This document shows positions 1-14,300 of a DNA stretch of 64,000 nucleotides, in pieces. The translations under genes were made by a program, and so were the position numbers. How positions within the stretch are numbered: the stretch's first letter is position 1; each line of letters begins with the position of its first letter. Under the pieces are notes generated by a model, which saw only the letters and a program-made list of their open reading frames with translations, made no database searches and was not told where the DNA came from. Origin of the DNA: Glycera tridactyla (taxonomy: Eukaryota); the NCBI GenBank assembly GCA_965644265.1, contig OZ286470.1, positions 9,920,001-9,984,000 on the forward strand. Direction: 5' to 3'.

Positions 1-2
1 CA

Positions 3-65
3 GTGTTTGCCTTCTTGTGGGTTACCATGATGGGTCCTCCTCAAAGCAACGAAAATAGAATCCAG
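3..65 (+). CDS. Host gene exon (5' part may lie before window): VFAFLWVTMMGPPQSNENRIQ
   Basis: Open frame ending CAG|GTGAG (donor at 66). Phase 0, matching the phase-0 start of the exon at 2295. Hydrophobic stretch could be a signal/TM anchor. Confidence 0.6.
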
Positions 66-561
66 GTGAGCTGAATGACAATGTTCTCCCTTTTATCCAC
101 TCACTGCTCATTCTTTGTGAAATAATATTAATCATGTCCATTACAACATCCCCAGCAGGCACAATCCCACGGTGTCTGGGCATTGTGATATGGGTGACAA
201 AATTTGTTTCTACTCAAACCATTGGACGCGACTATCAGCTTCAATGGGCAGAGCCTAATACTCAGATATACATGAATGATGGTCTAAACGTTCATACAGC
301 TATTTCATGATATATATAAAAGAAAGAAGGTGGGAGTGTTCATCGACAATTTTGACATGCATACACTGGCAAGTAAATTCATATGAAATTGGAGACGCAG
401 TGAATTTTCCAGTACAAGATGTCTATATGATCCCCGGTATGGATATATTTTCTCAGGAGGCAGCTGATGTTAATTTCTTGACTCTCAATTTTCAGCTATT
501 CAGATTTTATCATATTGAAATGAAGAGCAGAACGTTTAAATCACTGACATTACCTTTATAA

Positions 562-1360
562 ATTAGAAAGGTCTCCATAGGACACGGATGCCTCTGCTGA
601 GACCCTGACCTGAGTGAGTGACACAGTTTTTGCACATAACATGTCGACTCCATATGGTGATCACTTGTACCAATTTGTTTGAAAAGTTATGGGCTAGACA
701 ATAATTGACCAATCAAAGGCCACCATTTGGTGGGAACTGACTGAAACATGGTGAATTGTGCATGCAAAACATCATCCTCATATGATGATCATTTGCACCA
801 ATTTATTTGAAAATCCAGTCATGCATGGCAAAGTTATGGGCCGGACATAAATCGACCATTTGGCGTGAAATCACTCAAGCATGATGGTTGTGATGATCTT
901 GTGTCCCAAGTCATAAGAGAATCCAGGCATGGATGGCAAAGTTATAGCCGGACATGAATTGACAAATCAGAGGCCACCATTCGGTGGAAAACCACTCAAA
1001 CATGACAGTTCTTGCTCATGACACATTGCCTCCATATGACGATCATGTGCACCAAGTTTTATGAAAATCCAGTCATGGATGGCAAAGCTATGTGCCGGAC
1101 AGGGATCAGCAAATCAGAGGCCAGCATTTGGCAGGGAATCACTTAAGCATGAGGGTTTTTGCTCATGACACATCCTTTTCAAATGATGATCATGTGTACC
1201 AAGTTTTATGAAAATCTAGGCATGGATGATGAAGTCATGGGCCAGACACAAAAATGACCTGACACACATACACACACAGACACACAGACACACACACACA
1301 CACATGAACAGGGTAAACACTATATGCCATCCGCCATGATATGGCGGAGGCATGAAAATT
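562..1360 (+). mobile_element. Non-autonomous Helitron/Helentron-like (HINE-type) element with internal tandem repeats
   Basis: About five diverged 110-150-bp units (ATGATCA..TG.ACCAA.TTT..GAAAATCCAG.CATG.ATGGCAAAG.TATG.GCCGGACA) over 651-1250, then a (CA/GACA)n tract and a terminal hairpin CCGCCATGATATGGCGG followed by GGCATGAAAA. Confidence 0.55.
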
Positions 1361-2294
1361 CTTGCACAATTGATGGGACACTGATGGTGATTCTAGAAAG
1401 CCACTAACTGGGTGGAGATGATATAACAAGGAAAGCAGTGAATGAAATGTTTGTGACAGCTGATGACAATATTCTGTTCATGATCAGCTTTCAAAGAGTT
1501 GCTCATGACATTTTCAGTATTCAGTAAATGTGTACTATTGTCATATTTAGGTCGATGTGCATTCTAGTTGAATTCAGCTGGAGTTGAACTCCTAAGTTTT
1601 CATAGATTTGATCATTTTATTTGGTAGCATGACTAGTAGGTGTCTTTCAATGACTGTGTCTGAGCAAGATGAAATGGGCAAGGGCTTTTTCACCAAGTGG
1701 TTGAATTGAATGAGATTGCTATTTTGTTACTGAATAAAATGCGATCAGACAATTTGATCTATCTGAAACTTGCAGATGTCAAACTTGCAGATTATGACCA
1801 TGGCTGCGCCAAAGAAGAGAATTTTAGTTATCATAGTTTCTGGATCATTATTTTTCAAATTACATTCCGGGTCACACATTAGTGTGAAATTGAATTGAAA
1901 TGAAATACACACTATTCTTATCAGAACACAATATTACCTCAAAGCCGTTCTGAAAAGTGATCTGGTGAAGTCGGCTCGATGCCAATGGACCAAAGATGAT
2001 GTCATGTTTCAAACAGCTGAACTCAAAATTCTAAGGAAACCACATAGGTGATAAGAAATGGAGCACAGCTCCAAGTGCACCTGGTCAATTAAAGCTATTA
2101 TCCAACTTGACACCTAACCAGGCATTCCATCATTTCTGATTCACTTGGACGGTGTCCAAGATGTCAACAATCTGTCACATGATGTAAACGACCCTTTGCT
2201 TGATAAACATGTCCATGAGTGACAAGACAAATATATTAAAATACATTACAGTGATTCTCATGACACTGCAGCGTTTTTCATTACCCTTCAACAG

Positions 2295-2403
2295 GTCCAC
2301 CTTATCTCTGACAGCATTCTCAAATACATGCCAACATTTGTGGAAGGATGTGAATTCACAGTGGATGCATATCCGGGTGCCAAGATTGATACAATCAAGC
2401 AAG
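2295..2403 (+). CDS. Host gene exon, SGNH-hydrolase-like blocks I-II: VHLISDSILKYMPTFVEGCEFTVDAYPGAKIDTIKQ
   Basis: ccttcaacag acceptor and G|GTAAGT donor. (G/S)DS block I and PGA block II as in SGNH/LINE-ORF1 esterase domains. Phase 0 to phase 1. Confidence 0.8.
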
Positions 2404-4324
2404 GTAAGTGTCCTATCATCTTGCCTTGAACACCGTTAGTACTAATTTTCAGAAACCAGGAGTTGCCTGTATATCATACTGGGAACTTTCCCCCCCCCCC
2501 CTTCCCCGCACACAGACACAAACACATTGAGAAATCAATAGGCCTATGACACCTGAGCTTATTGGAAAAGCAGTTCATCCATGATCTGCCAATTTTTGTT
2601 TGCTGAGTCTTGATATCGATTTCAATTAACAAGTTCACAACTGTTCATAATCATCCTTTTCAAACAATTACTGTGTGATGATGACAAACAATTTGTCAGT
2701 CGAAAAACAATGTATGAGAAAGGTAATAAGTGTCAAACTTCAAACTTGTGTCGTTAGGCAGTACTTTTGACGAGGACATCAAATATTGTCTCAGGGAGCT
2801 AATGAAGCATATACTCTGACCATAATATACTGACCCCTAGAGTTTGAATATCTACTTTCATTTAGGATCTATCAATAGGAAAGAAAGTATGAACACAAAA
2901 TTATAATTTGCTGTGAATGGTAATTTCCAATACCACCTATATTTCGTGATACAGCTTAAGTAACATTGGAGGGTTTAATTCAGGGAATTCAGGGCTCCAC
3001 GTTGTGAGCCACAGGTAACCAATCACAAGTGCATATGAAGGATGCTAGTGAAGAAATATTTTGGTTGCAAGCTTGTGAATACCAATCAAATTACAGACAA
3101 TTGCGATTGATTTCACAATAAACTAATGAATACCATGATGCGAACATATATTTCTCCTGGTGACCACCCTCTTGTCTCCTCAGAAAATGAACCATGTTCC
3201 CTTAGAAATTGCAGCGCATGAGCATGATATAGTTGTAGTGAATATGGAGCATGAGAAACCGGGATGCCTTAATGGCATGATCTAAAGATAGCTGTTCTCT
3301 GCATGAATTATGCAAATGAGGGTGTTTCCGTCTGAATCCATGCTGAATAATTGTGCCACGCATCTCTATTAGGTGTTTATTAGGCAAACTGTAATGATCT
3401 ACCATCGATTTGATGCGAGATCACATTGTATCATGAAACTAGGAATGTATGCCGAAAAGAAGGATGCCTGGTAGCTCACATCTCCTCTGCTAGTGAGTGT
3501 GAGAGAAATCAATTTGAATTTCCACATTCATTCAGTCCACCAGCTGCTCACTGTGTCGAAATGGGGATATCTTACTCTCAAAACCCAATCAATAAAAATG
3601 TAATTTCACTCATAAATCACTGAATCATACAATCATTTATGCCTCCCATGATTGAAATGCTTCAATGTATATCTAATGAACCATAAGTTCAAAATGAACA
3701 GAAAAAGGTAGAGACTATTCATATCATTAGCGATGTCAACCTGATGGCAAGCCAAAATCAATCATGAGCTGGCAAGAAATTTCTATAGGAAGAAACCATT
3801 TTCATGGAAGATAGACTCATAAAGAGCTATCCAAGAAATCTATGCAAAGCAGACAGGCTTTCACAACAACCATACAAGATTTCATGGAAATCCGAGCAGT
3901 TCATTCCTTTCAATCGGCAATCCCAAAAAAGTTTTAGAATTTGTTCCATTTTTTGTCATCTAAACTGCAGTCTCAAACAAGAGTGATAAGAGGAAAGATG
4001 CCTGCCTGAAAGCACAACTAAGTTATGGTGGAGAGCTTGAATGAAGGCATTTTGACAAATTTTAAACAGATATGTTAGTATTCAATATAGTAGACCATAA
4101 TGCAGTGACACAGAGGTCTATTTGTGGCTCACAGCAAGGACCGCATCCTGAGATTCCTAAAGGAAGGATGGTCACTAGCCATCTGATCCATGGTGTATTC
4201 ACATTGACAGCAGCCGAGGTGGGGACAATGTGTTGGTGGTGGTGGTGATGGTTGAATTATATGGACTAGGCCTGTGGGGCTGAAATGGTCAGCAGCAAGA
4301 GTGTGAACATTTGAGTGTGTAAGT

Positions 4325-4450
4325 GAGTGGCTGTTGGTGTGGGAAGTTGAGGGGAGGGGGGGGGGGGGGGTAGGTGGGGGGGTATGCTGGTTGGTAAGTG
4401 GTTGGCTAGGTTTGTAGATGGATGGGTAGGTAGGTCGTCGGGTAGGAAAG
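4325..4450. repeat. G-rich low-complexity tract
   Basis: Long G run plus GGT/GGTA repeats. Confidence 0.75.
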
Positions 4451-5918
4451 CTGTTTGTTGGGACTCCTAAAATCCGGGTAGGGACTCCTAAGTTGGAGAC
4501 CCTTCGAGTCCTTGGGGCTCTCAAATATTAGGCTAAAACATCTCAGCAGAACACAAACCAGGCTATATTCGGATACAATTTAAGATGTGATGAATGCATT
4601 TTGGCCAGAGCTGACTTGGCTACGAAATCATGAAAATTATCACCTCCAAGCTACCAAAGAAAAAAGAAGTGGCTAACAAAAAAGTAGCTTCCGTTTTTTT
4701 TCTAACCTAGAGCCCGGGGAATGGATGAAAATCGCTCAGATCATCTACATTCGAGGCACTATCTCATAAAACTGAAAACGATACTAGATATTATGTGTGA
4801 GCATTGGCTAATGGTCAAAATGAGAAAATAAATCATGAATGATACAGTTCGAGCAAACACAGCAAATCCAGAGAATCAGAGCTGCTGTCTCGGATTTCAG
4901 TCAAAAACTTCAGAGAGTGTGTCAATTTGACACATGACAGGATGCTTGTATCATCATTTGCTGCCAGCCTGTCCAGAATGCTATTAGAAATTGATGGAGC
5001 AAGGAAACAACTTTGCGCTCATGTGCAGTATCATATTCCAGTCAAAAAACAACTTCTATTAACAAATTATCAGACTTAGATTTGAATTGGTTGCAGCAGT
5101 GATATCTCACCTCCAATCCATGCCCCATGGTGCAAACAATGTCGTAACACACAGATACAACTTGCAGTGCCACACTGACATGAGACTTATGGTAGAATGC
5201 ATCCAGGAGCTAGCCATTGTCCAGTGTCCCATGGTTACCATCTTGGCTCCATTGAGATGGTCATGCAATGGTCATGAATGAGGTCATTCAAGACTACCCT
5301 TTCTTGGTTGCCAAGATAATGTGAACATATATAAAACTGACAGATGGTTGCTACATCTTGTTGGCAGCATGTTGTGTATTGAGATGCCCATCTAATGAGG
5401 ATGGGTGAAATTATTCATGACTACTACTTGCAGGGTCCACACTGAAGTTGAACTTTCATGAAATGCACACTCTCAAACTGTCATTTGTGACTGGACTCAT
5501 TGCTGTATTGCTACTGAGTCATTCGACTTTGGGAAGAGTACGAGGTAGTTGGTTGGTTGGTTGGTTCTGGTTTAGCGTCACGTCAGCACCATCTGGGCAT
5601 TATTGTGATACCCATGCAATAGGCATGGGTGGGACCTTCCAAGACTTCTTCTGGGTCCCCAATGGAAGATGAAATGATATGAAAATCAAAGACACACAAG
5701 GTGCCATCTGAGAGTATGACGTAAAGATATCCATCGGCTCATGTGTGTAAGACATGTATCATAGTCATGTGGGAGAGATGATGGATGATAGGAAGTTGGG
5801 GCCATTCTGCTCAGTCATATACTTCACTGGCTATGGTGCATCACCACAAGTTGATCAACATGGATGATATCTTACTTTGTGATATGCTCATTTAATATTC
5901 CAGCTGTATGTTCCTCAG

Positions 5919-6093
5919 CATATCACATCAACAATGGAGCTGATGTTATTTGGATACATATTGGAACCAACAACCTACCGGCTATTCTTCCCAATAAATT
6001 CGAGGATACTGCATGGGAACACATCCAGCTGGCGCAAGCACTTCACCAGAAGTACAATAGAATGGTCATCATTGGCGAGGTACTTGGAAGAAG
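5919..6093 (+). CDS. Host gene exon, SGNH block III: AYHINNGADVIWIHIGTNNLPAILPNKFEDTAWEHIQLAQALHQKYNRMVIIGEVLGR
   Basis: ttcctcag acceptor and AG|GTAAAT donor. IHIGTNN matches the G-x-N block III. Phase 1 start joins the previous exon (G+CA=Ala); ends in phase 2. Confidence 0.8.
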
Positions 6094-9000
6094 GTAAATT
6101 AGGATCTGTCTGCACTTTATGTTTTTTAAATGTACGAAGTTGTTCCTATTCAATGTAAGTTTATATATGTAGAAGATGAACATGGTAGGTAATGGTGCAT
6201 TGGATAAATGACTATATCAGATATAGTGAGAACATATTAGCCCATGCATTGGATGAATCCTATGATTTATACAGCAGCAAATAGGATTAATCTCTAATAT
6301 GCAGGCCTTGTCCAGCAATCATAGGGCTCCCAATATTGTCAAGCTGGTTTGCAGTTGACATTCTACAAATGAAGACGTTATTGAGGTATCTCTATAGTGT
6401 GTTGCATTTCCTCCCCAGCTTTGTTCGAGAGCATCACAATTAGCTACAAGTGTCAGCTTCGAGCTAGTATTATAACGTCATATGCCATCATTGTATTTAC
6501 AGGTCAATGATGAGTGTGTACTGATAGCTTGTTTCACAACATTTCAAGTTTCTCATCATATAATGTTTGTAGTTTATGAGAGTGATGCCATCAAAGGGCA
6601 GATCACACATCGTGCAAAGACCAAAAACACAACGGTGCTTTATCACACGATCTGATAATGCTGTTCAACCTCCATCAATTATTCTGACTTCAGAGACTGT
6701 TATGAGGTGTCGGCCAAGTTGTATAACTCACACCTACGGAAACTACACAAGATGGTTGCAGATCCAGAACAGATTCGCTTGGTCAGTTATGTTGCATTTG
6801 AACAGCCATGGTCAGACAGACTGCTTTCGTGAGTATTTCTCTCTATACATATGAGGAATTTGATTGTTTGCTTTTTAAGGGCTCTAGTAAGAAAGCTTGC
6901 CCTACTGGCATATGCTCAGGCAAGTGATTTTGCCCATACTCGATGGTTAAATCTTCAGTCCTCACCCACCAGGAAATCCACCTCACCTGGTTCAAACACA
7001 AAGTACCACCTGCTCTCTTAGATTGGCTCTACTGATGAGTGATAAGTATGATAATGGGAATTTAATATTGCTGTTTGCCTGATGCTCTATTGGTGCTTTG
7101 ACCAGAATACAACTTTCATGGGTTACTCAAGCAGTGAAAAGGTTTGGCACAAAACACAATGGTATTTCACATTTTATGTAGGACAAACATGATTGTAAAA
7201 ATTGTCTCAAGTTGGCAGCATGTGGATGAATGGATGTCTTTCCTGCACCCTTTCCAAAAGCATTCATATTGGGCCCATCTGTCAGCTTACAAGTGATATG
7301 GATATACCTGTATAGATTGATTGATTCATTGCTATTTCTTCATCTGTGTTTGTCTATAAATATACATACAATATATATAGTACATGGGAGAGTTTCTAGG
7401 TAGATAAACCAATGTCATTACTGCTTTGTATTTAATATGAAATTGATTTTCAACTAAAATAAATGATAGGTCAAACATATGAATGATTGAGAATGTGAAT
7501 TTGATGATATGTCAGCAAAAGATGAGTGATCATATAATATCGAAAAAATAATGACATATGATGTGCGAAATGGGTAGGTGATTGTTTGAGAAAATGAAAT
7601 AAGAACAATGAGGTATAACCACATTTATTGGACTTGGTCTTTGCTAAATATTCATATATATGTCCCTTGTTGATTAGAAGGGTCCAAGCACCATCATGAA
7701 ATCCATGGAAAGAGTGATCATTAAAGCATAAATACATGCATTTCTGTTGACAGCAAGGCCGATCAGTTGCATCCTTCTAGGCACGGCAATGAAGTTCTTC
7801 ATTCATTCATAGCCAAAGTCATAGAACATGAGATGGGGAGAAATTTCGAACTTGAACAAGCTGCATGGCATCAGTGAGTAGATCATAATGCTGATTTGTA
7901 GGCCAAATGCTCATATGCTGAGTAACTGACTTCAGGTGTTGAAATTGGTAACCAATATCACCAGTATTCATAGTGGATTGCATGAAAATTGATCTCTCCA
8001 AATCAAATCACTCACCAGATGATTCAGTATTGAACATATTGCAAAGAATCAGAAGATGCTTGTGAAATGCTGTGAAAAAACCATTGACAGTCCAAATGTG
8101 AGCATTTGGTCGAAGAGGACAGCTTTTTTGCAGTCTGTATGGTCCCTTGCGATTTATCTGCCAAAATGCAATTTCAGGAAAGGTCCCGTCGAACATTAAT
8201 CATGACCCAGGCTTCTGTTCCAGTTCATCGCATCATGACCACTCAACCATCCAACAATTCACATATCTACCCACTAATTCATCCATTCATTGTATCGTAT
8301 TTATTTGCTGAAGAAATGTGATCATGTACATGTTTAGGTAAGATACACCAAATCAAAATCGCATGCCAGTTTTGCAGAGGAGTGAGGAGGAATGACTCAG
8401 TTGTTGACACTTCTGCATGATTGTACATAAAGAAAGTATCATTGCATGATCAAGTCAAGTAGAACAGGGATATTGAATCTTTGTGAAAATCACTTCAAAG
8501 CTGTCCATTGTTATTGACATTGCATTAATAGCAACAGTGCCAAATAAACAGACAAACAGCATTTCAATGTAGCTAGCTTCTTACAGACCAGACCAGTAGT
8601 TGACTTGAGGTAGGCTTTCGCCCCCCCCCCCCTTCCATTACCAAAGTGGGAGGCTGAGGCCTTGATATTTATAAACAATCAATCAATGAACCTGATCAGA
8701 GTTGTCTTGTAGGTCCATCAAGACCAAGGTCCATTATACACTTTTACTTGCATTTTAGAATGTATATCTGTATGGTGTAGTGGTAGCGTATCAATACTTG
8801 ACCCGAATGTGAAACAGCTATGGCTGCAGCTAGTCATGGGATGGACAACCACAGCTGGGTTGTGAGAATGCCTCACCAGTGTGGGTGAACCATACACTAC
8901 CCTAATAGTCACAGACCACTAGAGTAGTCTCAGCCCTCAGTGTTGTATTCTGAACACAGGCATGAGCCACATCCCACCAGGGTTGGGGGATGGTGTGAGT

Positions 9001-9474
9001 GCCTATCTGAGATCTGAAAAGAATGGTCTTCAGTTACCAGTGGTGTTATGAAAAGTGGATACAAAAACCAGCTACACTGATACAACTCCTCAGCATACAC
9101 CCACACGCAAACACAAAAGATCAATCACAGGCAGAGGGTTGCACCTCCCAAGATTAGACCTGTTACCCATAAATAGCTAACAGCAGTACTGGAAAGATCA
9201 GAGCCTTCAGACTGACAGTGATATTGGACTAAGATCAGTCAAAACAGTCAAAGAAACGAACATCAGATACAGACATATGACTTTATAATAAAATCATTGT
9301 TGTTGGTGCTACCACTGCTGTTCTTGTTACATACATACTCATATATATCATATGAATATATATATACATAAATACCACATACATACATACATACACATAC
9401 ACACATGCACATATACATACACACATACAAATACACATAGATACTGAAGGTGCAATATTCTGTACCGCATACAG

Positions 9475-9549
9475 GTTCTTAATTGGGGAATGTTCGAGCC
9501 TTGAGAAGTCTCGACAACGCTTTGCACGTTATCTTCAACAGAAAAAAAG
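9475..9549 (+). CDS. Host gene exon: RFLIGECSSLEKSRQRFARYLQQKK
   Basis: catacag acceptor and AG|GTGAG donor. Only the phase-2 frame is open, matching the previous exon. 75 nt, symmetric. Confidence 0.6.
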
Positions 9550-11323
9550 GTGAGAAATTTCTTGACTTGTCATTGTGTTTTGATTGTGAGATCGATCCAA
9601 AGAGACCACCATGGGTGATATCAGGTGAAATCACCAATGAGATGGTCACATCTTACCCATGTTTTGGTCATGATTCAATGGAAAGGAATCTCAGAAAGAA
9701 GAATGGTCGTCGACTTATAGTGGAGAGGTGGTAATTTCGAAGGGAAAGAGAGAGAGAACAAATGCCTGAATATTTCAACATGTGTCGGTGGCGTGAAGAG
9801 TGGTCTCACCATGTTTTGTCTGCAACCCGGCGATGTACCTGCTCGACGATCCAGAGTTCGTGGGGACGCCAATTGTCACTTTACAGTCTGATTCTCATAC
9901 CCAGGTCTCAGACAACCCCCTAATTTGCCAACCTTAAATTTGTCAATTGAGCAGTGTTGGCCAATTGACCAATGCCACTCATTCGACCAACGCCTGAATA
10001 AGAGCAGATTTTCGCCGTTAGAAATTTGTTCCATTATGAAAAAGCTCTCCCAACTGGAGAGAAGGTGTAATGATCATTGAACATGAGGAATTTCGAGGAT
10101 ACCAGTCTCATTTATGAGTGCTGGTAACGAATTTTTCGAGTGACAATAATCCCGAAACTCAACCTTCCTCCAGTTTTTCCTCTGCGCACAAAATTGAGAA
10201 GGCCGCCACAATGAGATTTTTCATATGCATAAAGAAAACAATGATTGCATGTATTACATTTTGTATTCTATGTATTCATTGTTCTATATCATGGCCGTAA
10301 GTCGCCAGAATTGGATGTAAACAATCACTGCCGTCTAGCCTGTTAGGAATCTGTATACCGCATTTATAGCTTTAGCGATTGAGTGACATGATCAAAGAGT
10401 GAGCTGCTGATTCTAACCGTGGTCACCCGGCAAATTGGCGAAAGTCATGGAGGGAGTTCCCCAGTAAAGGCACTGTCTTAGACCACCATGTGTCGCTTCT
10501 CATAAGATATTTTTCCCCTCTCAATGTCCTCATGCAGTGTGTGAGTTGAATGTAGTCAAATTGCTCTACAAAAAAGCCACTCATCTGGCACATAATAGTT
10601 TCTCATGGGCAGAATACAATCACAGGGTATGATAATTCAACCAGGGATCGAACATGTCTCACATTGATCATTTCAAATCATTTCCAATTTTTGTGTCAAC
10701 CCAAAACCAATCAGACAGAAAAGTAGAATTCTGCTTTGAAGAATAGTGGTTACATAAGTAAATGTGATGATGTATATATAAATATCCGTAAATAGATGCC
10801 AAAGTCAAAATCGAAGTCAAAGCCAGGGCAACTGCAATACCTACCTCAATTTTGTTGAGTATAGGTTGAAAGCTGTTTTCCGACTAGTAGATGAACCTCA
10901 GAAGATATCATGGTCATCTTGACATTTTCATGAATAGAGAGAAAATGAGGATATAGCTGATTCAGTGCATGGTAAAACATATATTGTCTCTACTATTGTG
11001 CATTGCCCACGATTGGATGCTCCAAATATATGATTCGTCACATTTGACACAAATCACAAACTCATTTCACTCTGAGAACTCAGCCATGGCTAATGTCACA
11101 CATGACAAGCAAAATACTGATTGATTTCTCATAGCACTTTCAGCTCCCAGCGTTTTGTAAAATCTTTGACGTCATTAAGGTGACAATTCCTGCCATGAGA
11201 AATATTTCACTTTTTGTCACCACTATGTTTTAATGATATCTATATGGATAAAAGTAATCGATGAAGTGCATTGATTGGAACGAGGATGTCAAGAATGTGC
11301 TCAATGTCATGAATTCATTTCAG

Positions 11324-11396
11324 AAGACGGTTTGAGAGAAACTTCTCCACAAAGAAATACAAAGATCAGAATCGTTACAAGTCCAAAACAGTCAAG
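11324..11396 (+). CDS. Host gene exon: RRRFERNFSTKKYKDQNRYKSKTVK (alternative open frame EDGLRETSPQRNTKIRIVTSPKQS)
   Basis: ttcatttcag acceptor and AAG|GTGAG donor. Phase 2 to phase 0 fits the chain, but a second frame is also open. Confidence 0.55.
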
Positions 11397-14300
11397 GTGA
11401 GCGATACTTCATCATTTTCCACTCAGCAGTTCCATCAAATTCTTGCGGTTTCATCCATCTCTCCTATCTCCCATCCCCATAAACACTATCCATGTATGTA
11501 CTGAATGGTGTCAAGCCTAAATTCTTGATAGATAGTCTGTTGCTTAATTAATTATTTCAGTTTTGCCTCATTTCTGGATGCATTGATATGTGGTTGAATA
11601 GCTCAGAATATGGATACCCAAAAACAAATGAAGAAAAAAGAGCCATATATTAATATGAAAGGCATCGAAATGTCTGAATTATTGAACTGAGATGATGTTG
11701 TTACTTCAGACCCTCTGTCATGGCAAACAAATGTGAGAATGCAATTGATTCTTCATACTCAGGCCTCAGGCATCACCACTACCGCAACTCTGGGATCATG
11801 GATATGTCCTCCTATGAGGACAACATATTCTTTCATTGCGACATCACCAGTTAGTTGATATCTCTCAAGCAAAACCAAAATTTGTATGGAAAATAACAAA
11901 TATCCTGCCAGAAATTCCCCAAAAAACTGAATTTGAGAGAGAAACTGGTATGCATAGATCTCAAGGTTTGCACTGATCTCAACATCTGTGCACTGCAAAA
12001 ATGAGCTATTTATGAAATCACATGGTGAGACATGAGACAAGCCATCCTTAAGTTCATCAGTTTTATGAGTTGGAGTCAAACTGGGAGCCTTCCATGAAAA
12101 GGGTCAAGTTTGGTACTATATGATATAATTCAGCTTGATTATCCTATCAAATTTATTCTGCAATAGTTTTTCAATGTAGAGCTCCATCCATTCTTTGAAA
12201 TGTAGAAAATGTGTTATTTTCTCAATGATTGGCCGTCCTTCAAATCTGACATCCGAAGCACACCATACAATCAAATTATCATATTCATAGGAACAGCTAC
12301 TAGTTTCTTTTTTTCAGATTCCTGTAGCTCTGGGTGGGGAAAATGTTGTGAAACACAGTTCTCGTCTCCTGAATTAGATTGGTATGATACATGCTCAATC
12401 AAAGTTCAGCACTTTTATAAAAGAACGAGCTTAATGAAGGTGTATTACCTTCGAACCTGCAGTCAAGTGTCTTTTGCTTCTTTGACCAATAAATAGATAA
12501 CCTGCACATATCTCTCACTTGGAGTAGTATTTCCCATGATATTTCTGCGATATCAATTCTGAAGAACATGGGTCATACTGAAAGTAAAACTGACAATGCC
12601 AGTTAGGGGAGGAATATCCTTAGCAGATATTCAGGCAGTTATTTTTGGGGTAGTTGCATGTTAAGCACTCCGCATGAGTCCAGTCATGCAAAACCTATAC
12701 ATCCCAATTGTATTGACCTCTACTACAATCTTTGAATGAAATATTGTTTTATCACTTTGTCATTAGCCCCTGTGTTGTATGTGTAGAATCATTATTTTGC
12801 TCCGGGAAGCATTTGTATGAGCCATCTTTTGGAATAGACATGCTCGTGATACATGTTATGCAGCATATCTATCAGCATAGTCATCCACTTCAATATTGAC
12901 GTCTGATTCTATCCAGGCTAAATCAGCGAAACCTGTCAATCTACATAGCAGAAAGCCATCCCATAATGGGACCCAAGCAGAATCCAAAGTACCAACAAAG
13001 CTGGATGAGTGGAAGCTGCGGGTGAGTACATTTTGAACATCTATCCATGTTCTGAATGGCTCCACCTTTTGGTGTGTAAAATTGTTGATATTATCCAATA
13101 TATGATCTTGATTGTTGATTGTGTAGACATACAATGAGACAATCTGCTGTATCAGACTGACACAGAAGCTCAGATTGGAGACATATAGTAGAGATTCTAA
13201 ATCGATCTTTTTCAATTCATGATCTGGCATATGCACTGATTGGATGATTGGATTGATGTCTCAGGATGAGAAATGCAGTTTTCCCAGTGAACTGGGAATC
13301 TGCGAGTTTGAGGCATATTCTTGAAGTCATATCAATCCGACCCATTATGGTGAATATGTGAGGCTGTGTTCCCTACTCCTTGCAATTGATTCAATATTGG
13401 CTATAAGGACAAGCAAGACAACTGTATGATGCAACATAAAATGCGATTTATTGACCAGATGGGAGGGGAGACACTGAATTTGTTATCATAGTAGGAATGT
13501 CTTTACCTTATATGGGCTAATAAAATATCTGACACATGTTAGGATTTGTCATATGGATGTTACCACATAGATGTAATAATAAATGAAGAATATGGGCTAT
13601 ACTGAGAGGTCTTTCAATAATGTAATGATTAATGAAGTATATGGGCTATATTGGGAAGTCTCGTGATGATGGAAAAGAAAATGAAGTACATTCGCTATAA
13701 TGGGGAGATTTTTACCAAATGGCTATGCTGGGAGTAGGACGGGTATTTTTGACCATTTTCTGACCTTATAAAATGCCTATTCCCAGCGCACTCTCAAAGT
13801 ATCCGATAGCAGGATAAAGTGGAAATCCAGCCCCGTTGTGATAACTCATGTTGGTTACTTTGCGGCCTAGTCAGTCAATGGGAGTGAAACATACCCTCTG
13901 TATGCTCCCCATGATGTAATGCTATAACAGGTGTTTCTTGGGATAGAGGGACTGAGTGCCGTTGACTTGAAGCACACAACATGTAGTGTTTGTCTGCTCT
14001 ATGGCTTCATCACTTTTCGCCACATGATTGTAGCCAATCTGGTGTGGATAGAAATCAGGATAAATGTGATCTACTACATGTGTCTTCTCCAGGGGAGCCC
14101 ATGGAGTTGGTATCTCCGTCCAGTGAGTGTATCATGGCCTATCAATGGGATTACTTCATATTATGAAGGAATCACATTCTGCATCAAGACGTCCTTCATA
14201 CCAGAACATCAAAATAAGATACCTTCTGAGCCACACTGCATATCTCACTCCAAATATTCAAACATTTGAGAGATGGATGGGTCGATAGATTGACAGGTGG

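Noticed and set aside
4129-4524. 131-aa minus-strand Pro/Thr-rich ORF
   Set aside because: Derived from the G-rich low-complexity tract.
10300-10500. Minus-strand tRNA-like sequence (TGGTCTAAG ... GGTTAGAATC)
   Set aside because: The boxes are too far apart and no cloverleaf could be drawn; at best a decayed SINE head.
11559-11655. Alternative terminal exon FCLISGCIDMWLNSSEYGYPKTNEEKRAIY*
   Set aside because: It has a plausible acceptor and open frame, but the downstream phase-consistent exons with better splice sites argue the gene continues; unresolved without RNA data.
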